Of a stretch of DNA of 63,421 bases, positions 1 through 8,569 are shown piece by piece; the first letter of the stretch is position 1; each line of letters begins with the position of its first letter. Both the position numbers and the translations under genes were made by a program. Source of the stretch: a virus; the IMG/VR virus record IMGVR_UViG_3300020187_000029; one strand, 5' to 3'. The notes under the pieces were generated by a model, which saw nothing but the letters and a program-made list of their open reading frames with translations, was not told the origin of the DNA and made no database searches.

Positions 1-127
1 ATTATTTTATTAACATCCAAATGTGAATATCACTTTTTTTAGTAAATACCTCTGTATAACCTGTAAAACCTAGGAAAAAAACTTTAAAAAAAATTTGAAC
101 GCATGTCCAAGCGGGGGGTAATTTATC
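1..127. repeat. Terminal overlap copy 1 (identical to 63295-63421)
   Basis: Base-by-base identity of 1-127 with 63295-63421. The length is typical of a k-mer overlap from a circular assembly path. Confidence 0.95.
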
Positions 128-144
128 CCATTGGGGGGTAATTT

Positions 145-221
145 TGGTTACCTGGGAGAGGCTCGAACTCTCAACCTACAGATTAGAAGTCTGTTGTTCT
201 ATCCAATTGAACTACCAGGCA
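145..221 (-). tRNA. tRNA-Arg (anticodon UCU), encoded CCA end
   Basis: Hand-folded cloverleaf on the minus strand. Acceptor UGCCUGG/CCAGGUA (one G-U pair); D stem GUUC/GAAC; anticodon stem ACAGA/UCUGU with loop CUUCUAA (U33, UCU, A37). 5-nt variable loop; T arm GAGAG-UUCGAGC-CUCUC; discriminator A followed by CCA. 77 nt. Confidence 0.85.
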
Positions 222-226
222 ATGTG

Positions 227-254
227 CTTTACATATGATCCATAACGTGTAAAG
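227..254 (-). terminator. Hairpin between CDS 301-693 and the tRNA (7-bp arms CTTTACA/TGTAAAG, 14-nt loop)
   Basis: Inverted repeat read directly. No clear U-tract, so the role (terminator or processing site) is uncertain. Confidence 0.25.
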
Positions 255-300
255 GTTTCAGGGTTTTCTTATCAGATCATTTTGGGGTGACCGTATAGAA

Positions 301-693
301 TTACTGTAAGGAAGTATAAAGATCACGTATAAGGTAATTGTATAGTCTACGTAGTTGCGTCCTTCCATATATCGTAACACAAAACTGTTGGCCTTTGTAC
401 TCTTGCTTCTTGGTTAACCTATCAATGAACCCTAGTGCGAGTAACTTCTTATGTTCCCTGTATACAGGATACTGATTGTCTTTACTACTTAACCAATCCA
501 TACGCTCGCATAGATCTATTACTTGTGGCATAGTATAAAAACTAAAGGACGATTTACATTCGCTCTCACGTATAGCACATGCAAGAAATACCATGACTGT
601 TCTAGTCTGTAATTGGTGATCCAATGACTTAATGTATTTGTTGATTGCGTGTTGATGACTGAACAACTCTACTAGTTTTTTTGCTACGACCAT
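301..693 (-). CDS. Hypothetical protein (130 aa), possible DNA-binding regulator
   Basis: Clean ORF with protein-like composition. Its start lies 3 nt after the upstream stop. The function is a guess. Confidence 0.5.
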   Translation of the reverse strand: MVVAKKLVELFSHQHAINKYIKSLDHQLQTRTVMVFLACAIRESECKSSFSFYTMPQVIDLCERMDWLSSKDNQYPVYREHKKLLALGFIDRLTKKQEYKGQQFCVTIYGRTQLRRLYNYLIRDLYTSLQ

Positions 694-696
694 GTC

Positions 697-993
697 TTAA
701 TATTTTTGTTGGTTTTGTTTTGTCTTAAAATCTTCAGGGCATTGCATCGTTAACGTAACGACATGCATTTTTTTAATCGGCACATGCAATTGGTTTCCCT
801 TCCTGATCAAATCAACAGGAAAAATGATCACCTGGTAAATAATTTGAGCAGCGAACAATGTAAATGCCTGTGTATCAGTGGGTATGGGTGGGTTGTTGCT
901 AGTCCTACATGGACTAATTCGGCCATTTAATCGCATTTTGCCAGGGTACCCAGTTCCTCTTTCCCAGTCTCCCTTTTTGACTCTAGCCCCCAT
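697..993 (-). CDS. Hypothetical protein (98 aa)
   Basis: ORF tightly coupled to 301-693. The N-terminal third is unusually GC-, Gly-, Pro- and Arg-rich for this genome, so coding status is uncertain. Confidence 0.35.
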   Translation of the reverse strand: MGARVKKGDWERGTGYPGKMRLNGRISPCRTSNNPPIPTDTQAFTLFAAQIIYQVIIFPVDLIRKGNQLHVPIKKMHVVTLTMQCPEDFKTKQNQQKY

Positions 994-1038
994 ATGTTAG
1001 GTGTTATACCACAGAAACATCTACAATGACGTTCTGAG

Positions 1039-1046
1039 CAAATATA
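1039..1046 (-). promoter_or_regulatory. Candidate -7 box TATATTTG (Bacteroidota TAnnTTTG type) for the leftward genes 993->301
   Basis: Exact TATATTTG on the minus strand about 45 nt upstream of the ATG at 993. No clean TTTG -33 box. Confidence 0.3.
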
Positions 1047-1170
1047 AGAAACTTAAATTAAATTTTAGTGGCAATATATCGGGACTATTTTTAACATGCC
1101 TTAAATCCTTTAAAATGCAATTCATTAAAAAAAAGATGTATAATATTAGTTTAATTTAATATACTAGTGT

Positions 1171-1213
1171 ATTATATATTATATATATATATTATATATT
1201 ATACTATATATAG
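1171..1213. repeat. TA-rich low-complexity tract, (TA)n / TATTATATA-like
   Basis: Read directly in the divergent intergenic region 994-1295. Confidence 0.8.
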
Positions 1214-1214
1214 T

Positions 1215-1246
1215 TGGCTAGACAAATTGTCTACCTAGGCTAGCCA
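1215..1246. promoter_or_regulatory. Nested palindrome, operator-like
   Basis: TGGCTAG (1215-1221) pairs with CTAGCCA (1240-1246). Inside it is the perfect palindrome TAGACAA-A-TTGTCTA (1219-1233). The element lies 50 bp upstream of the first rightward gene. Confidence 0.5.
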
Positions 1247-1295
1247 GTATGTCCATCAGTGCATATTTCTGTGAATATCTTTCTCTGCATTATTA

Positions 1296-1931
1296 ATGAA
1301 CGATGGTTCATATTCTATTATCTTAGCAGCAATGGATATGATTGGCCAAAAAATAGCGGTTAAAATTACAAAAAAGTATAATGATACAGTAGAATTCTCA
1401 ACTGGCAAACTTTATTTAGATGTATCCTGGAACCCAGAGCAACATGTTACAATCTGTGGAAGTGTCGTGGCTTTGCCTAGAGGGGAATGGTGCAGCAATA
1501 CGAGAGGAGACTTTTTAAGGCAGGAATTAGAGTTGGGCGATATCGTCTATTTTAATTACTTGACGGTACAAGAGGATAATTTAGTATTTGGGGAAAGGGA
1601 CATCTATTTTGTTGAATTAGAACAATGCTTTTGCTTTACCAGAGGTGATAAATTGACCGCTATTGCCAACCATGTCTTAATTGAGCCTAAAATGACTGAG
1701 AATATGGCAGGTTCTATTTACCTAGGGGCACCCATTCGTAGTGAAGAAGAAGGGCATCTCAGATACATAGGTACACCCATCAGAGGTGAAGAAGATCTAG
1801 GTTTAACAGCAGGCGATACAGTACGATTTCATGAGAGAAATGCATTTCTTAATACAATCGAGGATAAGGATTATTACGTAATGACACAAGATGTAATATT
1901 AGGGAAGGTTTTAAATGGACGAAATTTATAA
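1296..1931 (+). CDS. GroES-like (Cpn10-fold) two-domain protein, putative co-chaperonin
   Basis: The C-terminal half matches the GroES pattern (HVLIEPKM..AGSIYLG...GDTVRF...YYVMTQDVILGKV). The N-terminal half has a similar GD-I-V-Y-F layout. Confidence 0.45.
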   Translation: MNDGSYSIILAAMDMIGQKIAVKITKKYNDTVEFSTGKLYLDVSWNPEQHVTICGSVVALPRGEWCSNTRGDFLRQELELGDIVYFNYLTVQEDNLVFGERDIYFVELEQCFCFTRGDKLTAIANHVLIEPKMTENMAGSIYLGAPIRSEEEGHLRYIGTPIRGEEDLGLTAGDTVRFHERNAFLNTIEDKDYYVMTQDVILGKVLNGRNL

Positions 1932-2466
1932 GATACCAGAGTGTATTTTTGAGCACGCAAGATTATATGTTGACACTCGTGTCATGGCAAACAGAGACCA
2001 TTATAAAAAACTTTACTGGAAGTCTAGAAGTTACAAATACAAGCATCCAATTTTATTTGATGAGCCTATAGACAATGAGTTCTACACAGATTTTAAAGGA
2101 ATATTAGGGGAACTTTTAGTTAGGCATCATTATGATCTAAAAGGGGTTAATTATACAACCTCAGCATTTGTAAAAGAAAAAGGTGTAAGTGATCCAGATC
2201 TAATAGTTAACGGAAAAAGAATAGATGTTAAGGGTTGTGAAAGATCTTTAAAGGTAAACATGTTTACAATAGATAAGTTGGAAGTAGACTTTGTATTGTT
2301 TGTTCTGTTCTTATCAGATCACAGATATATTTTATTGGACTTTGAAAAGGATAAGATCAAGGAATGGAATGTGGTTACAATCAATGATAGAAACAAGTAT
2401 TATGAATATAAGGTTGACAAACGTAAGTATAGATATGTCACCCCAGATTTAAATACCCCCAAATAA
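1915..2466 (+). CDS. Hypothetical protein, possible PD-(D/E)xK nuclease fold
   Basis: Motif spacing GELLV ... DPDLIV ... IDVKG resembles E/D...(D/E)xK. Confidence 0.35.
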   Translation: MDEIYKIPECIFEHARLYVDTRVMANRDHYKKLYWKSRSYKYKHPILFDEPIDNEFYTDFKGILGELLVRHHYDLKGVNYTTSAFVKEKGVSDPDLIVNGKRIDVKGCERSLKVNMFTIDKLEVDFVLFVLFLSDHRYILLDFEKDKIKEWNVVTINDRNKYYEYKVDKRKYRYVTPDLNTPK

Positions 2467-2478
2467 AAATTTTTTGAA

Positions 2479-2643
2479 ATGAGTAGACTAAAAAGAAAGC
2501 CAGAGGAAACATTAAAAGAGTGGGTAAGCAGAATCGGTAACAAGAAAAAGGATTACACCCTAAAGGACGTGGATATACTTCTTTTGACTGTGATCGGTGC
2601 GGTAGTACTCTTTGTTCTTATTATAGAAATTGTATGGATATGA
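2479..2643 (+). CDS. Small membrane protein (54 aa)
   Basis: Hand-translated ORF below the track cutoff: MSRLKRKPEE...ILLLTVIGAVVLFVLIIEIVWI, with a C-terminal TM segment. Confidence 0.45.
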   Translation: MSRLKRKPEETLKEWVSRIGNKKKDYTLKDVDILLLTVIGAVVLFVLIIEIVWI

Positions 2644-2903
2644 TAAAAGACTTGTTAAAACGTCTAGTTAAGACTCGTAGACTTACCCCCATAGAAAAAA
2701 TTTCCCAAAGATTGGGATATATGGGTACAGCCTTTATTATGATATCACCCTATCTACTTAAATATGATAATATGGGTGCTGTAACGTATGTAATAGGTGG
2801 TATACTATCGCTACCCCAAGTTTTTGTGGCAAAGCAATGGAATATTGTTGCAGTCAATATGAATGTAATATTAGGCTATGCAATTTACTTAATAACACAA
2901 TGA
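2634..2903 (+). CDS. Small multi-pass membrane protein (89 aa, about 3 TM)
   Basis: Three hydrophobic stretches. The start may instead be the ATG at 2640. Confidence 0.55.
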   Translation: MDMIKDLLKRLVKTRRLTPIEKISQRLGYMGTAFIMISPYLLKYDNMGAVTYVIGGILSLPQVFVAKQWNIVAVNMNVILGYAIYLITQ

Positions 2904-3175
2904 AGAAACATACTAAAGTATATCACGAAGCGTTTTGTATTGATCCAGGAGATTGGATTGGATGTGAGGTTTGTGATAGAACCGCTGTAGATATTCATCA
3001 TATACACCCCAGAGGAATGGGTGGATCAAATAAAAAGGACACCCCAGAAAACCTGCAAGCATTGTGTAGAGAATGTCACAGTTACTTTGGAGATAAAAAA
3101 CAATTTAAACGAATGCTAACAACTATGCACCATGAAAGACTCAAAGAAATCTACCATACCTGGAAATCAGACTAG
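2900..3175 (+). CDS. HNH endonuclease
   Basis: CEVCDR...DIHHIHPRGMGGS...NLQALCRECHSYF (Cys pairs plus the H-N-H core). Start moved to the ATG at 2900 (ATGA overlap with the upstream stop) rather than the track start at 2837. Confidence 0.8.
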   Translation: MKKHTKVYHEAFCIDPGDWIGCEVCDRTAVDIHHIHPRGMGGSNKKDTPENLQALCRECHSYFGDKKQFKRMLTTMHHERLKEIYHTWKSD

Positions 3176-3287
3176 TATCCCTGTGGAAAAAATGACTAAA
3201 CAAGAGATAATGAATACAATATTATCACTTAAGTTAGAACACCCATATCATCCTAGCATACCAGGACTACAAAATTTATTGGATAAT

Positions 3288-3467
3288 TTATAATTTACTT
3301 ACTGCTCTCTCTAGTTTATCGACCACAGAAATTTTAACACCATAAAGTTCTGGTGCGTTTGAATTATCTAAAGCAGCCAACACATCTAATAATACTTCTA
3401 TTTTTCTTATTGCTAATACATCAACTGTTTGTTGATCTGTTATAGACATTATGTGTTCTGCTGACAT
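3288..3467 (-). CDS. Hypothetical protein (59 aa)
   Basis: Hand-translated: MSAEHIMSITDQQTVDVLAIRKIEVLLDVLAALDNSNAPELYGVKISVVDKLERAVSKL. It replaces the implausible plus-strand ORF 3451-3684. Confidence 0.5.
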   Translation of the reverse strand: MSAEHIMSITDQQTVDVLAIRKIEVLLDVLAALDNSNAPELYGVKISVVDKLERAVSKL

Positions 3468-3506
3468 ATTATTCTTCTTTTTTGATTTTCTTAATTTGTT
3501 TAATCA

Positions 3507-3677
3507 TTATGAGCCACATCCTACACATTCAATATACGAATCTGTTGGTTTAACTCCATTAATTTTCATATTGATATTATGGATTTTATCAGCAATTTCC
3601 ATTTGCTCTCCAAAATCAGAAGTCATAGATTTTAATATTTCTAATTCCTCTACTTGTTGCTTTAAATCTTTAGCCAT
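3507..3677 (-). CDS. Hypothetical protein (56 aa)
   Basis: Hand-translated: MAKDLKQQVEELEILKSM...YIECVGCGS. Its ATG overlaps the upstream stop (TAATG). Confidence 0.5.
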   Translation of the reverse strand: MAKDLKQQVEELEILKSMTSDFGEQMEIADKIHNINMKINGVKPTDSYIECVGCGS

Positions 3678-4585
3678 TAGTTGAATTTTGTTTTACCTCT
3701 TGTTGTAGATGATCCTCTACTACCTCTACCGCCTAATAAATAATCAAATCCATTTTTTCTGGCCCATTCAGCAGATTCTTTTTCAGATGCTTGACTTTTA
3801 AATAAATCGTATAACTGTTGTGGAGTCATGTCTTCACCTCTTTTACGCATACTTCTTGCTAAACTACCTACCATTCCTTCGGGTAATCCATCAGCCCAAG
3901 ATTGTTTTTTGATCCAGTCTTCTCTAGTTTGAGTAATAACCTTTTCTTCTCTAGTAGGAACTTTTTCGATAACTTTTTCCTCTGTCTCTACAGTTTTAAC
4001 CTGATCATCACGAAATTTTTGTGCAGCAATTCTAAAACTTGAGAAGGTTGGGTATTTCTTTTTTAAACTAGGGTCTGCGTTATATACATCTTCATCTGTT
4101 TTACCAGTTGGTTTGAATGTGTTAATCTCTTTACTACCCTTAATTATTCTTTCTACTTCTTTTTCACCTTCAATAATTTCGGTTCTCTGTCTTTTATTAG
4201 CAGTGTTTGCATCACCTCCTACGTAATTCCAGTCGTAATTATCTTCTTTTTCTTGATTGACTTGTTCTGTATTTCTACGCTTTTTTTCGATAGAATTATA
4301 TTCTTTTTCCATCGCTATGTCACTATTGTTTTTATCAATCTTTGCTTGTCTCGCATCTAAACCTTCTTGTTTTTTTGCGTTTATGGCTGCTCTTCTTTCT
4401 GCCATAGCCTTAGCACGAGCCTCAAGTTTTGCTTTTTTAGTTGCTGCTAATTCTGCTCTTTTAGTGGCTATTAAATCATTCCTTTTTTTAATTGCTGCTT
4501 GTCTAGCCGCAAGTGCTGCTTCTCTTTTTTGTGCTGCAATTTTTTTAGGATCGGTCTCTTGTCCTTGAATTTCTTCGTCTTCCAT
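3677..4585 (-). CDS. Highly charged Lys/Glu/Ala-rich protein (302 aa)
   Basis: Long ORF with low-complexity KRAAxxAK repeats in the N-terminal third. Confidence 0.65.
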   Translation of the reverse strand: MEDEEIQGQETDPKKIAAQKREAALAARQAAIKKRNDLIATKRAELAATKKAKLEARAKAMAERRAAINAKKQEGLDARQAKIDKNNSDIAMEKEYNSIEKKRRNTEQVNQEKEDNYDWNYVGGDANTANKRQRTEIIEGEKEVERIIKGSKEINTFKPTGKTDEDVYNADPSLKKKYPTFSSFRIAAQKFRDDQVKTVETEEKVIEKVPTREEKVITQTREDWIKKQSWADGLPEGMVGSLARSMRKRGEDMTPQQLYDLFKSQASEKESAEWARKNGFDYLLGGRGSRGSSTTRGKTKFN

Positions 4586-4590
4586 AATAT

Positions 4591-4779
4591 TTATTTAAAC
4601 ATTGCTTTATTAATAGCATTGTAATCAACACTTGCGTTAGGATCTAATGTAGAAGTATTGTATGTACTAGATTTTTCTTCTGTACTATTTCTCAATCTTT
4701 CCGCACGTTTTTTAGCATTTGCAGCACGCTTGTCTGATCTTTTTTTCTTTCTTATCTCTTTAGGTGTTTCTGATGCCAT
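4591..4779 (-). CDS. Small basic protein (62 aa)
   Basis: Lys/Arg-rich ORF in the same operon. Confidence 0.5.
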   Translation of the reverse strand: MASETPKEIRKKKRSDKRAANAKKRAERLRNSTEEKSSTYNTSTLDPNASVDYNAINKAMFK

Positions 4780-4859
4780 AACTTACTTGTTACATTTTTT
4801 ACACTTGCTGTAAGGCTTTCCACACTTACACATTTTTTTAATTTTTGAATATGCCATAA

Positions 4860-5081
4860 TTATGATTTTTTAAGTCTACTTTTTTCTTTTCTACTTTTAT
4901 TTATCACAGAAGGTTCAAAACCAACTATTTTACCATCTTTATGAGATGCATCTAAACCATCACCATTTCCGTATGTACCTCTCTTACGATTGTACTTGTT
5001 TAGAAGTGCTCTATATTTTATCATAGCAGGAGAAGACTGAAACTTTTTATATTCGTCTTTATAGTCTCTTTTTGCTGCCAT
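4860..5081 (-). CDS. Small basic protein (73 aa)
   Basis: ORF whose stop overlaps the ATG side of its neighbour. Confidence 0.55.
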   Translation of the reverse strand: MAAKRDYKDEYKKFQSSPAMIKYRALLNKYNRKRGTYGNGDGLDASHKDGKIVGFEPSVINKSRKEKSRLKKS

Positions 5082-5593
5082 TACTTATTTCTTTTTTTCT
5101 TTTTTAATTCTTGCATTCTTGCTTCTGCTGCTTCTTTTCGCTCAATGGTTTCCATAAACACTCCTTTTGCAGTTTCATAGCCTTGATCACCTGGTTTATA
5201 TGTCTTACCATTATAAGTTACTGATCCAACTCCTTTTTTACCGTCTTTGCCATATGCTAAACCATATGTACCAGAAACACTAGTAGATGTAGAAGAAGTA
5301 GTCGTAGTAGTTTTAGGTTTTTTTTCCTTCTTTCTTTTCTTTACTTTCTTTACTTTTTTCTCTTTAGGGGCATCATCATCATCAGAATTAAAATTTACTT
5401 TATTTACAAGTTCTGCACCTTTAGTTTTTACTTTCTTGATAATTTTACTTAATCCAGAAGGACCTTTGGCTTTTTTATATTCTGCCTTAGCAATAAGTCC
5501 TTTAATTTTCTTTCTTATATTATATGCTTTTTGGTGGTCACCCGAATCTTCAGCAAGTTTTGCTTTCAGCCTAAGTTTTGCAATTTTATCCAT
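5081..5593 (-). CDS. Lys-rich low-complexity protein (170 aa)
   Basis: Contains KKVKKVKKRKKEKKPKTTTTTSSTSTS. Confidence 0.6.
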   Translation of the reverse strand: MDKIAKLRLKAKLAEDSGDHQKAYNIRKKIKGLIAKAEYKKAKGPSGLSKIIKKVKTKGAELVNKVNFNSDDDDAPKEKKVKKVKKRKKEKKPKTTTTTSSTSTSVSGTYGLAYGKDGKKGVGSVTYNGKTYKPGDQGYETAKGVFMETIERKEAAEARMQELKKKKRNK

Positions 5594-5759
5594 TGTCTTT
5601 ATTTTTATTTTCTTGTCTCAGGTAATACCAACGCTGTGCGGTGTATCCGATTGAAATAACAAGTAATGATATTTTAAGTACGGTATCGATTTGTGTCATA
5701 GAGATTGTAAACGTCCCTGCGTTAATGAGGTATAATTTTAAGTCTTGCATTGTCATCAT
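5586..5759 (-). CDS. Small membrane protein (57 aa)
   Basis: Hand-translated codon by codon: MMTMQDLKLYLINAGTFTISMTQIDTVLKISLLVISIGYTAQRWYYLRQENKNKDNG. Its stop overlaps the ATG of 5081-5593. Confidence 0.5.
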   Translation of the reverse strand: MMTMQDLKLYLINAGTFTISMTQIDTVLKISLLVISIGYTAQRWYYLRQENKNKDNG

Positions 5760-5990
5760 GGGGTTACCAAATTTTACATTTTTTTGCTGTTCGCTCTAAC
5801 TTCATGATTTTATTGAGCGTAACGCTCTTACTCTGATATAGTGCCATAACAATAAATTAAAGGGTAAATATAAAAGAAGTCGTCATTAGGAGCCTAATAA
5901 TTCATTACTCGATCTACTGTTGTAAAAGCCAATCCTGAATTTTAATAATACCCAGAACATTATATTTTATTTTTACCAAAAATCAACAAC

Positions 5991-6587
5991 ATGTCTTTAA
6001 CTGAAATCTTCAACACAGAAGACTTTAAAAAGATGATATTTAATCCATTTAAGGTTAAAGGGTCATTGAAAAAAAAGTTTCCTAAAATGAAAATGTTTAG
6101 CAGTTTCCAAACCGCTGAAGACCAAATGATTGCATATGTTCTTTATATGTATGATCAAAACACACCAATGAAAGAGCAGTTTCCAGATCTTAAAATAAGA
6201 AAGGAGCAGTCCGCTGTTTTATCTGGATATGATCTTGTAAAAGACAATGAGATATTACATGATATGTTTTTTTTCAAATCCACTAAGGTTATAGAAATGG
6301 TGGATGAGTTTTTAAGAAAACAAAACAATAGAATATGGTCAATGATTGTTTCTAATGAGCAAACATTTTTTGAATATCAAAAAAAATTATTAAGTCCTGT
6401 TGAAGGGGAAAGAGATAAAGATATATTACAAGCCTTACAAATAAAGTCTAAAATAATGGACGACTTAAACACTATAAATGATAGGTTGGATTCTTATTAC
6501 ATGAAACTTTATGGTGAAGATCAAGAATTGTTAAAGACAATAAAATCAGATAAAAGATTAACTCCAGAATTCATTGCTAATTTATGA
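5991..6587 (+). CDS. Hypothetical protein (198 aa); small terminase candidate by position only
   Basis: First gene of the late block, overlapping the TerL start. Confidence 0.5.
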   Translation: MSLTEIFNTEDFKKMIFNPFKVKGSLKKKFPKMKMFSSFQTAEDQMIAYVLYMYDQNTPMKEQFPDLKIRKEQSAVLSGYDLVKDNEILHDMFFFKSTKVIEMVDEFLRKQNNRIWSMIVSNEQTFFEYQKKLLSPVEGERDKDILQALQIKSKIMDDLNTINDRLDSYYMKLYGEDQELLKTIKSDKRLTPEFIANL

Positions 6588-8569
6588 AAGTAAACATACA
6601 AGGAGTAGAATTTGAGATACCTCCAAAAGGTAAAGTTAGAAACGTAATTACAGGTGATTTAGAGAAAAGGCCTATAATAACAAGTTCTTCAAAAAAAGAA
6701 GATCAAATATGGGTCAGGACTACACTCCCTGAAAGTTATGACTATAAGAGAAAAGAAGAGTTAATTAGACAATCAGAAGATAAAGATTTTTTTGATGTAG
6801 AGTTAGAAAACTTTAGATCTCAAGAGTGGGATAGAAGGTTAAATGGGGCATGGTTTATGAATAATGGAAAGCCAGAATACCTTACAGGTATGCACTATTT
6901 GTTTTTAAATTGGTGGAAAATAGATATAGGATATCCAAGTTTTAGAAAGGTAGACCAGGATTATTTTTATTTTTTACAAGCCACAATTGATGATCCTAAC
7001 TCTCTTGGAATGATTGAGTTAACTAAGCGTAGGCAGGGAAAAACAGTTAGAGCAGGAGTGTTTATGTTTGATCTTATATCAAGGTCAAAAAATAAAAATG
7101 GTGGAATACAATCTAAAACTGCAAGTGATGCTAAAAACAATGTTTTTGCTAAATCTATTGTAGGACCGTTTAAAAAACTACCAGATTTCTTTAGACCAGT
7201 TTATGACCAATCTAAAGGGGTAACTCCAACATCAGAGTTAAGATTTTATAGAACAACAAAAAGAGGAAAAAAATCATTAGAAGATTTAGGTAAACCAGAA
7301 CTTGAAAGCCAAATAGATTGGAAGAGTTCAGAAAAATATGGATATGATGGAACAAAATTACACAGATACCTTGGTGACGAGGTTGGGAAAACTATGGAAG
7401 TGGATGTCTGGGAAAGGCATAATGTTGTACGTTTCTGTTCAGAACTGGATGGTGAGTATATTGGAAAACTACTTTACACAACCACTGTTGAGGAAATGGA
7501 ATCTGGTGGTGAGTCGTTTAAAAGACTTTGGGACAACAGTAACCAGGAAGATAGAAACGTACATGGTAGAACTCCCAGTGGATTATTTCGATTCTTTACT
7601 CCCTCATTTAAGACCTTATACTTTGACAAATATGGTTATGCAGATGAAGAACGTGCTAAGGAGTATTATCTGGCTGAACGTGCAAATCTTGTCAATGATG
7701 ATCGTGCTTTGTCTAGTATTATTCGGAGGAATCCGTTTACTATTGAAGAGGCTTTTAGAATAGATGGGGAAAGGTCACTGTTTAATGCCATGAAATTAAA
7801 TGATCAAATAGATCGTATATCTTGGAAAGATAACTTGTACACTAAAGGAAATTTCGAATGGGTAGGAGACAAGGAAACAGGACATGTAGAGTTTAAACCA
7901 ATGTCTAACGGTAGGTTTAAAGTTTCGTATTTATTTGACGACTTTAAGGACGCTAATAATGTAATAAAAAGGGGTAAAAATTATTTTCCTACTAAAAAGG
8001 GAGAGTTTACTATGGGCTGTGATCCTTATGATCATGACAGTACTGTAGACCAAAGAAGATCTAACGGTGCCTTCTATGTATACAAGAAGCACAACTCAGT
8101 ATCAAATTTTTATGACAGTTCATTTATAGTTGAATATATTTACCGACCAAGTACCGCAAGACAATTTTACGAAGATGTGTTGAAGTGCTGTCATTACTAT
8201 TCTTGTGATCTTTTATTTGAAGATAATAAGATAGGTATAAAAAATTATTTTGAAGATAGAGGATATTCTGCCTTTTTAATGTTTTTACCTGGTAATGCAA
8301 AACCTGGGATGAGTGGATCTGTGAAAACACATCAGCAAATTGCAGAAGTAACTGAAGACTATATAGAAAACAATATAGATAAAGTGTGTTATCCAGAATT
8401 ATTAAAAGACTGGTTAGAGTTTGATATAAGTAAAACAACAAAGTTTGATGCGGCAATGGCAGCAGGATATACTTTAATAGCAGACAAAAATATACTTTTG
8501 AAAAATTACCTAAGAAAAGGAAATTTAGTAGAAGCAAAAAATATGTTTAAAAAGTTTAAGGTAGGATGA
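6584..8569 (+). CDS. terL: Terminase large subunit
   Basis: Walker A-like KRRQGKT, Walker B-like YLGDEVG, a TTT coupling-like motif and a C-terminal nuclease-like GCDPYDHD. Lies directly upstream of the portal. Confidence 0.8.
   Translation: MKVNIQGVEFEIPPKGKVRNVITGDLEKRPIITSSSKKEDQIWVRTTLPESYDYKRKEELIRQSEDKDFFDVELENFRSQEWDRRLNGAWFMNNGKPEYLTGMHYLFLNWWKIDIGYPSFRKVDQDYFYFLQATIDDPNSLGMIELTKRRQGKTVRAGVFMFDLISRSKNKNGGIQSKTASDAKNNVFAKSIVGPFKKLPDFFRPVYDQSKGVTPTSELRFYRTTKRGKKSLEDLGKPELESQIDWKSSEKYGYDGTKLHRYLGDEVGKTMEVDVWERHNVVRFCSELDGEYIGKLLYTTTVEEMESGGESFKRLWDNSNQEDRNVHGRTPSGLFRFFTPSFKTLYFDKYGYADEERAKEYYLAERANLVNDDRALSSIIRRNPFTIEEAFRIDGERSLFNAMKLNDQIDRISWKDNLYTKGNFEWVGDKETGHVEFKPMSNGRFKVSYLFDDFKDANNVIKRGKNYFPTKKGEFTMGCDPYDHDSTVDQRRSNGAFYVYKKHNSVSNFYDSSFIVEYIYRPSTARQFYEDVLKCCHYYSCDLLFEDNKIGIKNYFEDRGYSAFLMFLPGNAKPGMSGSVKTHQQIAEVTEDYIENNIDKVCYPELLKDWLEFDISKTTKFDAAMAAGYTLIADKNILLKNYLRKGNLVEAKNMFKKFKVG

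Noticed and set aside
100-144. HDV-like or theta-type ribozyme downstream of the tRNA
   Set aside because: I could not draw the nested P1/P2/P3/P1.1 double pseudoknot or find a plausible catalytic C context. Only a short CCC/GGG pairing is available.
697-1000. Structured ncRNA (GOLLD/ROOL-like) in the GC-richer stretch near the tRNA
   Set aside because: Only one short hairpin (TAGTCC-tacat-GGACTA, about 899-915) was found. The interval is a continuous ORF whose stop is 3 nt from the next ATG. It is kept as a low-confidence CDS.
1141-1213. CRISPR-like or tandem-repeat array in the TA-rich tract
   Set aside because: This is simple-sequence (TA)n variation with no repeat-spacer periodicity, and there are no cas genes.
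3451-3684. Plus-strand ORF 3451-3684
   Set aside because: Two hand-translated minus-strand ORFs (3288-3467 and 3507-3677), with start and stop coupling to the leftward operon, explain the interval better.
4257-5654. Plus-strand ORFs 4257-4568 and 5247-5654
   Set aside because: They are mirror-frame ORFs opposite low-complexity Lys/Glu/Ala-rich minus-strand genes, with implausible Phe/Leu/Ser-rich products.
5941-5968. Late-operon promoter TTTA-N16-TATATTTT upstream of 5991
   Set aside because: Both boxes deviate from TTTG/TAnnTTTG and the spacing is short, so it is not supported well enough to annotate.
7338-8537. ORFs 7338-7763 (+) and 8124-8537 (-) inside the terminase gene
   Set aside because: They are fully nested in the well-supported TerL ORF and have low-complexity translations.
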